Source of the DNA: Raillietiella orientalis
Lineage: Eukaryota
Reading direction: 5' to 3'
Assembly (NCBI GenBank): GCA_036172245.1
Contig: JAYWIR010000058.1
Coordinates: 496,001-560,000, forward strand
DNA length: 64,000 nucleotides
The translations under genes were made by a program, and so were the position numbers. This document shows, in pieces, positions 14,401 through 26,400 of this stretch. The notes below the pieces were generated by a model that was not told the DNA's origin, made no database searches, and saw only the letters and a program-made list of their open reading frames with translations. Every line of letters begins with the position of its first letter. Position 1 is the first letter of the stretch.

Positions 14401-17400
14401 TTAACTGTTTTCTCAGCCTGAAAGATTTCGATTCCTTCAGGTTGAACTGCACATTATCACATTCTTTGGTATTACTGTCGCCTGCTTCGGATGCTCATTG
14501 TAGATCTAAAAGATCCCAATTCCCGACATCTTCATTTCCGAATTCGTCGAATCCAAGTGCTCTTCTGATATTGTTTGTTTCTTCTATAACAGTTTTTTCC
14601 TCGAAATTCCTAAGGTAATAACATGTCTTTTCCTTTTTGCACTCGTGGTGCTTTTATCTGAAGAAATAATCCTTTTGTCCATTTTCTTAGGCCAAGTGTT
14701 AAAACAATTAAAACAAACGAAGAGTTCGACTCGAGATGGGAATTAACGTCTGTAACTAACGGGAAACTGAAAATCGTTACTGCGCATACATTATTCCACT
14801 GAATTTTGGTTCACGTCAGACACGATTTAGATTCTGTAAAAAAATTCTCACTTCACAAGACACTTTTATCGCCATTTCATTTTAACAGACCTACCCTTTA
14901 TGATTCCAATTTTTTCGGTTTTGTGTTGTCTTCGCTATCATCACTTGTAATTCAGATAAACGGGAATCTGAAACATAAGATGTCCAAGATTTCCAAAAAA
15001 TCTCTTGCACAAATTTATTTGCACTCTTTCTTTACTGGAGTTCACTCGAAATCTGGAATGTTTGAATCTCGTTTTGCAAATAGGAACACACCAAGGTCGA
15101 GGCTGCTTTTTTGAAAGCGTATTCTACTGTATTTACCACCACCGCCAATGAAGTGTCTGTAAGGGAAACACTTCAGGAACTTTGAAGCGTTTGAAATCCA
15201 GTAGTTGCTTTGCCAGTTGTTGCTTGGAGATTTCCATCAATAAGGCTGATTGGGGTGCATGTTTTTTTTTTTTTTGAGTCGGTTATTCTTATAATCATTC
15301 GCTTTTGTTCTCTTTTTGGAAAATTAAAAAATAATTCGGGTAAAACTGGAAATGATCGCCATTTCAAGTGTTTGTTTTGCATTCTCGAAATGTAGCATCC
15401 AGAATGGATTCTAGAGGGAACGAATCGCTGACAGATGAAAGGTCGCCAGTTAGTCGGTGTCTTGAATAGGGGACGATGCATTTCGGAGAATGGGAGCATC
15501 AAGAATAAAGATGATGCGACGCCTTGGTTTCGGACCAATCACTCGATTTCGTCCGACGCCGTGGGTGTGTTATTTCAGGGTAAATCGAAAATGAAAATAT
15601 TGAAGCACATATTAAAACGTTAGATGGCAATAAAGCAAGTTGTGAGAAGATCCTTTGCAGCTCATTTTCTCGCTTCAATTAGCTAAGTACAGTCTCCAAA
15701 CTCTTATCTCCCCTTTTTGAGTAGCTCTACAAATACGCAGACCGAGAGAAGAGACTGTACGTAAAAATAGAGGAATTCGGGTGCTGCAAACTTCAAATGA
15801 GAGACTTTGCCATTCATTCCGGAAATACGTCGGCATTCGCAGATACTTAGGTCGGAACTGGTTGGAACAATCATAGAAAAAAGGAAAGGAAGTTGCGGTG
15901 AATAATGAATGAATGCTACTCTTTCTTTGAACAGTGGAAGCTTTTCCACTAGGGTATTGGCTTCAGCAATGTCTTGGGAAGGAATAAAAGGGGAAAATAA
16001 TTTGAATAAAGAAGATAACTCTTCACACGGTTTTGCTATTCTTAGCTAATACTTTTCAAAGTATCGTGTGTCGATAGATATTCAGTGAGTGTTCCGTGTT
16101 TGGAGGTAGTAAATATTCCCTTGTTCTTCCCATGATCGCTCACAACGGATTTGTGTTTGAACTCTTGCGATGAAACGTACGTATCAAGTACACGAGAGCT
16201 TCTTTTCCTGCTACAGTATAAGCATTATATTTTGCAAGTTATGATGTATTTGTTTTTTTTCATCTTCACGCTCTGATGCCGACCGCGTGATCTTGAAATT
16301 GTGTCTTTCAAAGTAGACATCTAGCTTCCATGAGTACGCAGGTTCCGCCGACGTGTCCGTAAACCTTGCAAGGTATAAGCAGTGATTAATTACGAAGCTA
16401 AAGAAGTATAGAAGGATATAGTAGAATACGACTTTTTTGTCGTGGTGTCTTGTCGATAGATTTATCAGTTTTGTTTTCGGGACACTAATGTCTCTTCCGG
16501 AGAAGGAGGGAAGAGGGGCTGGAGGAAATGTGTCATCCTTTGGCCGTACATCCTTCCATGCGGTATGGAGTATTTCAATCATTGTGTACACTGTGCTTTA
16601 TTGGCATTTCACACTCATTCACTCTAATACAACTAGAATGAAACTGGTGATTCTCATTGCAGTATTTTGTCAGTTGGGTAGAATGGATGCATTTAAATTC
16701 CCACCGTTGGAAAGAAACAAATCGGAAAGTATCACTGCCCACCTTTGAATTTTTGAGCAAAGGAAGGTGCATTTGCCGATCTGACAGTCGTTTCCATGAG
16801 AGCAGCATTCACGATCTGTTTTTGGAACTACCGACGTGTAGACGTTTTCTGAGAGAAAGATGTAAAACGGAATTCACAACTTGTTCTCTGAATTTTTCTT
16901 TTTTGTATTGTTTTATCACTTAATTCATGAAAATTAAGATTAAAATTGAAATTATGGTGGTTGGCTAACGTATCTAGACATGCATTGCGTTCACATCCAT
17001 CAACTCACGTAGAACATCAATGCGTATGATGCTTATGTACAAACATGCGTGAAAGTCCTAAACGGTAAAAACGATCATAGTGTGTCTCATCTGTGTTTAA
17101 AAATCATTGCTTCGCGTATTCACATTACTTTTTAAGTTAGAAATTCATTTACTTTGGCAGCTTCAAAACGAAAACACTGATCTCAAAACTATTCCAGGAA
17201 TAATGGCAGGTTCCAATAGATCAGGCGATTTGGCAGATGCACAAAAATCAATACCAGTCGGAACGATAATGGCTATTACTTGCACATCTATCGTCTATCT
17301 AACATGTGTTATTTTCTTCGGAGCTTCAATAGATAGCCTACTCCTTCGAGATAAGTAAGATATGTTTCTATCATTCTTAAGTAAAAATACATTGAATTTC

Positions 17401-20400
17401 ATTTGTCTACTGATGTGCGTGGTCATCGTTCGTTCAGTCGGCAAATAAATATCTCTACCATTGGAAGCTTGCTTGCATGAAATAAAAGTTAATGTTCGCA
17501 CAAAGAGAAGTGGAGTTTTTTTTTTAGTACAAAAGTTTTGCATTTTTTTGTAAAAAAAAAAGTACAAAAGACGCCATCTCTCCCAATGTAAAAATAGCTG
17601 ACCTCATGAAATTCTTTCCTTATTCTATTTGGGCCATGTATTCTTCAAATGTGCTTATCCTCATTTTGTTTCACAGCTAAAAGTTAATTCTTCGGAAGGC
17701 ATAACTTGAAAATTTTTTACGCAATTATTTGCCTTCATGACATTTTTTCGAGACTCAGTTTTCCTCCGATCTCTGATATCCAGATATTTAACGTGATCAC
17801 TACTTAATTTTATATCCATAAGAAAGTGCACTCTTCATCTTCATCGGTCAGTTTTTTTTGAATGAGGCAAAAGGTACATAACGGTTCTTTCCCGTGTATT
17901 TATCAGCTTTTCATTCTGCAGCGTACGTGTTTAAGATACTTCTTTATCGGCAGACATCACCGACGACCTTGAGCAACGGGAATGTGCTTGCTGCTCGTTC
18001 GTTTAGTAGCAATTTTATTTCTATAGAATGTAATGTACCATAAGTGTCTGGATTTGGATGAGTTTGATTTATGGGTAAATCACACACTGAAACGATGTTC
18101 CTTCATTCAGTTTCAGTAGTTGTCTTTCAGTAGTTGCTCGACTTATTCAGTAAAAAATATTTTGTTTTAAATTGCCTCCATCATGTGTCCTAAAAATTCA
18201 ACATATTACATCTGGCGTCCTCGCTCTTTATTTCATTATTCCAACTTATCAGTACCTATTTATTTCTTATAGCAACGTGAAGGTATATGAGCAATGAATG
18301 AGTGTCTTTCTGCTTTTTTATATCCATTTATGTATCTCAAAGGAGGATATGAGAAACAGATTTGCTCACATTCAGAATGTAGTAATTTGTACAACCTTAA
18401 TGATACTGTTTGCAAGGAAGTGAAGAGAAGCTGAAAGATTATCACCATTTCCTTTCTCCTTAGTTTCCGTAGTGACAGAGCACTAACAAATCATAAAAGA
18501 TTCATCAAATGTAAACAAGCTGGGAGTTCGCACTTGTTTACATTCGATGAGAGTTTGCTCAATGCTCTTCACATGTGCGTTAGTTCTGAAGAACTTTAAT
18601 GGACAAATCCTTGTGTATATTCTCTAAGATGAAACAGTCTCGAAATGTTTTTTCAAGTTAATTAAAGTTAATAGTGAAATTAAAACCTGATGACCCACAG
18701 ACCAATTAAAAAAATGGTCTAGCTCATCAGTCTGCAACATGAAAACATCAATCGATCTTAGTCTGCTTTTAGACTTTTTGACTTTTTGTTCCATTCAACG
18801 GTAAGCCATGTGCTCATCGGGTACGTTTTTTTCTCTTCATTTCTTTCTTGAGATTGTTTTGAGCGCAACAATATCCAGGTGCTCTTAGCGAGTCCCAGCC
18901 ATCACTAATAACACATTGTAGCGCAAAAACTGAATTAGATTCAAATGATGTGTATTGTTGGCGATATCACCTTAATGATGCTGGACGTTGCCATTTAAAG
19001 CACGGTCTCCGAATGGTCAATATGAGCTCCCAAATACGTTTGAATTTTTATATTGCATGCCCCCATTCCTTCTCACTGAATCGATTACGCCTCCTTCCCC
19101 CAAGCAATGGTTCCAAGAATCTTTCCACTTTATTATTCACTTTATGATTTCTGCTCTTCCTTCACAGAAATGGAATTACATCCAGCGCGTGTCATTGAAT
19201 TATAAAAGGGATGAATTGTGATTTGTGGGACTCCAGCAAACAAAATGAGTGAGAGAAGTATCCCGAAACTGTCATGTATACTTCAAGTTTCTGAGTTCAA
19301 CATCTGTACAAAGTCCATGGTGCTTCTCGTTGCGAATGTTCTGCTTCGTGCTTCCTCCCTAGCAACAAAATTTTGCGAAATCCAAGAATTTATTTAACCT
19401 TTCTTCCCTTACCTCTACTTATTTTTTGCGGCAAGGATGGTTGCAGTGACATTTTATTTTAGTGCAGAAGTCCCCTTGATTTTTTCTGACCCTTACTGTT
19501 GTAGAAAGATTCTATCGTAGGAAGATATATTGCAGCTCCCAGCATTTGGCTTACTCGACAGTTCAATTTTCCAAATTCAACTAATAGTAATTACGTCTCC
19601 GTTTCCGTTCTCGACTATGATATGATATTGCCCTTGCGCAAAGCTCCATATTCTCCACATTTCACTTTCCACATAGAGTTTGTCCATGCTGCATAATTTC
19701 TTTTGATTGGAAGAACTTTCATGTTCTTCCGGTTATCATCTCCGAACGCATCCTTTCTTTTGGAGCAGAATCGTTATGGTGTTACAGGAATGATAAGAAG
19801 GAAGTTTTTTTCAAGAATAGAGTAATTCGTCTGTTATAGCAGAGAGCGGTAACTTTGCAGTAGGTATACCTCTGTAAGAGCGATTCTCACGTATTTATGT
19901 AACTCACATCGTAATCTCACCATTGTGAAACGCAGAATCGAATGGCAAGAAAAACAGTTTCTCAAAAGGCAACAGTCTCGAATGCTTGCACATCATGTAG
20001 ACACCTGTCTCGATTTCTAAGCGGAACTAAGCTTAATTTCCGGATGGTAATTTTTCTTCCGGCTTCTCCATCTGATACTGGTGATGATTGTGATTACTCG
20101 CTGTAAAATCGTCATGAAGGTTGCAGGTTTCTGTAGAAGGAATCTTTAGTTCCTCGACTGCTGAGATATGTGGTTTTGCTGTAACTGAAATTTTCTTCCA
20201 GGACGATGACGAGTGACCGGGTTTTCGTTTGTCTCTATCGCTTTTTTTTCCTTTTGTAATGTTGAAGCGTTTCTCGTCGCGGTGCCAGCAGAATCTGAAA
20301 ATAATGTGGCATCACCATCTGGAACTCTGCAGTTTTTCTACTAATTGCATGAAGAACTCGAAATCTGCTCCGTTTTTTGTAAACGTTTCCTCTGTAAGTG

Positions 20401-23400
20401 CGATTTCGAAGTACACACTAGAGAGTAGTCGACTCTTTAGGTGGAGGACATTATCTGCAAGTGGTTGAGGACGTGCGCAAAGAGAAGCGGCTTCTTTCTT
20501 GCCTGGTATATTCCATGTCTTTTCTTTCCAGTCTTCCGATAGTCAGAAACAAGTATCGATTCCTATTTCTCTTGTCCCATTGTTTCCTTTCCTGGTACCG
20601 TGCAAGGAGTTCCATGGATGATTTTTGATTCCCTTTTTTCTTTTTTTTTTTTCTTTTTTCGATGGCTTCTGAAGAGCGCAGCTTTCGTTTCGTTTGGGAA
20701 GAAAGCAGTCTAGAATTTACGATGTACTCCTTGCACTCCTTTCTTGTTGAAAGCCCCATTCTTCTTCGATCTTTTGTTTTCTAAAGCCGATGGAGAGTAG
20801 CAAAGCTGGGGAAACCGTCTTGCAATTCAACCCAGAGATAACTCATGCAAACAAACGTGGCGAGCCTTATAATGTGCTCTGCACTGCAAAGGTTGCAGCA
20901 ACTCGGAGAAGATCGCTGATGATGTACAACGGAAGGTGGCGGCAGCCTTCGGATTCAACGCCACGAAGGGCTAGTGAAGCCCTTCGTGGCGTTGAGAGTA
21001 GGGAGGAGCTATAAGAAATTTTTTTTCTGAGTAGGTCCTGTTTCCTTCTTATACTTGTGTCTTTGTGTGTGTGTACTGTAAGGAGGCTAATTCGGGCGAT
21101 ATCCTTCGTTCATCTCGTTTCTGGTCTCCATCCTCAGATGTGGGGACTCTGGAATTTGCATTACTCTAGATCATCGCACTGTTCTCAGCAACTTAGGTCA
21201 TCACTTTTTCCGCTCTTTGCTTCCGTCATGCTTCGTCATACCGGGGTTCGAGAGAGGTCCATCGTAGGGGCCGCAATGTCAGCACCTTTCCTTCGCTTTT
21301 GCGAAATCGTTGGTCTTCTACAGGTTTCCCCCATCGATCTCACTGCAGCTTCTCTTTGGATCCCCAAGCATGCCTTCCCTCCCGTGCTCTCAATTCATTT
21401 AATCGCTCGACGGCCATCTACGCTACTAAGACATTCCTCATCTCCCGTTGGAACAGCCTTCCTTGTTTCGCATCGTCGATACGGTCCCAGTGGCGCCGTG
21501 GACATGCCCTCAGGTGAAACCAGTGGCTTCTTGAAGTCCATGGCATTCCATTCCAGTAAATTCATGGCTTCCTTTTCGGAAGTGCCCCATCAGCACTGGA
21601 TCTGAGAAGGTGCTCTGAAATCCAGAACACATTGGAATGACATCTTTGCTCAGGATAGAAGTTATACAAATTACACAGAGAAGGGAAAGGAGAGGGCGAT
21701 CGGAGTCAGGATTTATGCACTGTTGCTTTGCAACTATGCGCCCGAGGATTCTCATCGTGTATCCCTTGATCTTGCTTCCATTCTGCTGGCATCTTCCCTT
21801 CGCTTCGGAACTGTTCTTCGAGGCGGCATTCTTGTTGATTAGGAAGTCTCGAGCAGCGCATTCGGGAGGTTTGGTTCCCATTTTTTTCTTTCTGACTTGC
21901 TTAGAAAGGATCCTGCCGCTGTCTGGATGGGTCGGATAGGCGATCCAGGGGCAACTCGCATCGCTCCCCCACCTAGGAAGATTGAAGGAAATCCGTTGCA
22001 GAAGTTGGCGCTCGAGATTCACCAGCTTTGCACGAAATGCCATCGGAAATCTCTCCCGCTACCCTTCCCCCCTGCTCACAGGCAGTATCGCCGCCTCTGA
22101 TCTTCAGGGAGGCGCGATTATTGCTAGTTGAAAACTAACCCTCCCCCCCTTCCTCGCTCCCCCGTCACTCGAACACCACCAGGATTTCCAAGTTTTTTTC
22201 CTCAAACACCTTGCCTCTGTTGGGCTCTGTTGCAGAATAGCGCAGCCGGGTCCAGCGTATTCGAAACCGTTGATACGCAAGCATCTCGGTCGTTTTCGCG
22301 TTCCTGGTCCCGGAAGCAGCTGAGAATTCACCAGCAGAATTTTGATTGTTGCTGCTAGCTGCTGCTGATGATTTGATGCTATTCTTGCGGCTTTCTTCTT
22401 CACCTGAAGCCGTTTCAGAAGCCATCCAGGTCATTTCCTCTGGCAACTCTCTCTACTTCCGCTCTATTTGTGGTGCCGGTTCTGACTATTCCAGGATCGG
22501 GAAGGGAGGAAGGGACACAAGTGTGCAGTACTGAGCGTAGGCGCTGCAGATAGTCGGTTATTCTTCCGTCTTCTCCCTTCTCCCCTTCTGGCTTCGACTA
22601 TTAGCCTAGCTCTCATGCCGAAATCTTCTCAGTGCAGCTGTGCAGCGAGGCACCGCTGCAGTTTTCCTCGGTTCTTTGCTTCCCTTGCTTTGCTGCCGGC
22701 AGGATCCCATTTAGCTCCCATTCTGAATGCTTTCGTCCTTCCTTCTCCCCGGGAAGATACGCGCCTTTGCGAACAGAAACCATTGCTTCTGTTCTGCGTT
22801 TCTCTTGCCTTTTCCATCTTAATCGGACTTGGCGCGAGGCACTGTTCAGAGGAACCAGGCATATAAAAACATCTTGTGCTCCTCGTTGAGTACTTGCGGC
22901 AAATAGCGTATACCAGGCGTTGCACGTCACTCTGGGACGTGACATGAAATTCTTCGGCCCCCGTGCCTTCCCGCCTTTCGCGAAGGACTAACGATGATAG
23001 CATCGTTAGTCCTTTCGGAAGTTTGTCCCTTTCGGAAGCACTTTCTCTCTCTCCTCCCTCAATATGATCACTGTTCGTTTGTTTTTACAGGTTCGGTGCA
23101 AGTGTTGGTGGGAAGCTGGTGATAGCCAACCTGGCCTGGCCAAATGAATGGGTGATCCTTGTGGGATCTTTCCTATCCACTGTGGGAGCCGGTCTACAGA
23201 GCCTGACCGGTGCACCGCGACTTCTTCAAGCCATAGCCAAGGACGAGATCATCCCTTTCCTTTCGAAGCTTTCCTATGCTTCGGAGAATGGCGAGCCGAG
23301 GAGGGCCCTATTTTTCACCGTGGGTAAGCTAAAACATCTGATCGTTGTTCGCCATCCATGACTTCCCTGAATTCCGTTTCGATCCTTGGACCCCTGGCCG

Positions 23401-26400
23401 ATACATGGCCGACCCCATTGATGCTTTGTCTGCCTCCTTTTGGAGAGACCAAGGTTCTCTCTCTCAAGACAAGGTAGAGATGCCTTTGTTATTAGGGCAT
23501 TACTGTGCGAGTACGTCCTCTTAACCGGACACACATCTCATAAAAGCAAAAGTAGCCGGGGTTGCCAAGCACCTCTGCCAAACTAATTACTACTGCTTTA
23601 TGAAGTCCTTTTTTTAAAGGTAGATACCGGTCGAAATTTCCATCCACATGAGGTCCCATCCTCAGTGTTTCTGTTGGCACATTCATCATCACGTTGTTCC
23701 ACTGTCAGTTTCTTGTCCCCGTTTTGTGAATCGGCATGTGAAATTGACTGAAAAACAACTGATCTTTCCTCAGCCTCGTAACTGTCCCTGGTCCATGGGA
23801 CTGGCACGTGTATTCCTACTTTCGGCGCTGACTACTCACCTCGACGTCCACAAATTCAGGATTGACGAGGTCAGCAGGAGCAGGCTCACATTTGTTGGGA
23901 CTGCATCTGCTGACTTCCTTCTGTAGTGGACACACGTGGTTCCATCATTTGTATCTCGCACTTACCGGAAGATCATGGAACCACATAAATGCTCGTTTTT
24001 TCGTAGCTGTTCGTGGAATCGCATGTGTAATAACACCTAAAGATCACTTAATGCTATTGAGATTAAGAAGCCAACCATTTTGTAACCATCTCGATTTGTC
24101 GTGAAGACGACGGACGCATGCGAATGCGGTTCTTTTGTACCAGAGCTTTGTGTTCAGCGTGATTTGCCGCTTCCCCGTTTCGCGTCATAGTTGGAAACTG
24201 TGTCGGCGACTGAGTCCTCATGATTCCCGTGCCCGAGTGGACCGTTCAGCATGCTCCGAAACCGGCTCATTCTCTTGTGATCCTCCTCGGTTTGCACCAG
24301 TTACGTATGGTTCCTTCTTTTCGTGAACTCTGGCATCCACCTTTAAATCATTTTGTTTCCTTACGTACCAAGTGACTATTCTTAACGCAACCCAGATCAT
24401 TAAAATCTTAAATTGAATTGAAATCTTTCCCTGCTTGTGATACTATTCTCAAGCAGGGGAGGAACCAGGATGGAAATGTTTTTTAGTTCTTGCTTTTCCT
24501 TGTGCCTTCTGTAAAAAGTTGAACAGCATTCGTTGATTTTTCTTTCAAAACGGTCCACCAAGCTCGCTCAATATTAGGTTGGTCGATCAGTCCTCCTGCT
24601 AATTTCAGAATGGATGAAGGTTGTGAACAGGCGCACCCGAAAGGCTTCATGCTTGGTCTTCGTTCGTCTTGTGTTTTCTGCTTGTGGAGAAATCTCAACA
24701 TAAAAAGAATCAAACACGGTGCAGTTTTAGCAAAACTGGAAAGCGGAACTCGCCACCTTTCCGTTGTTGGCGTTTGAGAATATATTTCCAAAGTAAATTC
24801 AGATATTCTTTTCGTTCCGTCTGAAAGTCTCCCTGACTTTGAGTTTTCGACTTCATTTTCGACATTGTATTTTTCAGTAATCTCGAATTTTGGGGTACCC
24901 AACAGGTGCTTTCGTCTGCACTCAGATGACTTGTTGGCTTTCCACGGTAACGCCTTGTGTTCAAATTCAAACACGGAGTTTCCAGGAACTTGAGGATTTT
25001 CGTAATGTGCACAGATTTTCGTAACAATTGCATCTCTACCTTCGACACGCTCGGAGTTAGGTGTTGTCACTTGTTACTTACCTGAAAGACGGGAAGAACT
25101 CTCGGTCGTTTTTGTATGTCATCGAGAGCGGGTCGATATGCTGCTTCGAAAATAGAGTTTCCTTCTGCATTCCCTACTTTGCGAAGAGTTCTCAATAAAT
25201 ATTTTATTAAACTCACCGAAAATCTCAATGTTTTGATTTTCGTGTTGTTCTTCCAAGCTTGGTGTTCAGGTCCTCGGCGAATAAGACATTGTTTACAGAG
25301 TTAGAACTCTGCCATAAGTTCGACATGTTGCTACTCGTTGCTTCGGGATGGAATGTGTTTTTATTATATGACATCTACTATGTGCGAAGCAAAGTTGATG
25401 CTTCGCACATAATAGATGTGATGATCCTCCTCATTGTGACGAAGTCCGATTTCGTTCTCACTGCTTCCTTCTCGTCTGTGCCGTGCTGTTAGTTCTTGTG
25501 AAGTAAGGAATCCAACGTGTATCTTGTCTGTTATCTTGTCAGAATTTCTTGTTTATTCTCCATTTTGCAAACAGTGATTGCTGTCGTTCTTGTTCCCTGC
25601 ATTCATAAGTGTATTTTCCTAAAAATGAACCAATTGTTTCGTATACCTGAACGTATCGAAAGATGTGATTCCTCAGCTGCCAAAGGTTACTGAATCGTCA
25701 GTGGTCGCCAATGACCTCGAGTTTTTGTTTTTTTGTTGTTCTGCTTGTGAATGTTGTGGGACAAGCATGGGTCGGATAAGGGCCTAATCTAGGTTCCTTT
25801 TTTTCAAAAATGAGCGGCAATGAACTTTGCCACAAGAGCTGCAATACAGAAATACTCATGCGTCTGCGCCGGATGGACAGTCCCGTCCTTTTGCACCTGA
25901 AGTGACGAGAACGACCCGTGTCTGCATGCTTGCTGACGAGCGAGAATGCGGAAATGCATATGCGACCACTTTTAGGGAATTTTTTTCTTTCTTTACGTCC
26001 CTTTCAGTCTCTTTTCCCGACCAATGGAGAGTGCTGCTGCGTTTTTCAAGTTAATGCATGCCTCATTCTTGACGAAAAGCGGAAATCGCTAACAGGATTC
26101 CTGACAAGCACTCCAGGAGCGATAGCAGTCAAGGAATTTTATTAAGTACCAACGTGTGTCCTATCTCTGGCCTCCACCATTCCGGTAGATGCTTTCAGAA
26201 GGGAACTTCGACAATCTCCGTCATCATTTTTGTTTTTTATCCGAAGATGCGTTTGTTGACTGGAAAAAAGATTCAGATGTTATTTTCTACCTCGTCCAAG
26301 TTTGGGGTCATCGTTTTTCTTGGCTGTTGCTGATGTAGGCAAAGAGGGCTCTTCTAGCATTCGGCTGTAGACGTGGTGGGAGGACTAGATTTTCAGGGCA

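Noticed and set aside
21975..22043. Minus-strand [16 protein letters not shown] resembling a cyclin-box helix
   Set aside because: In-frame stop a few codons upstream, no acceptor, and no further cyclin similarity.
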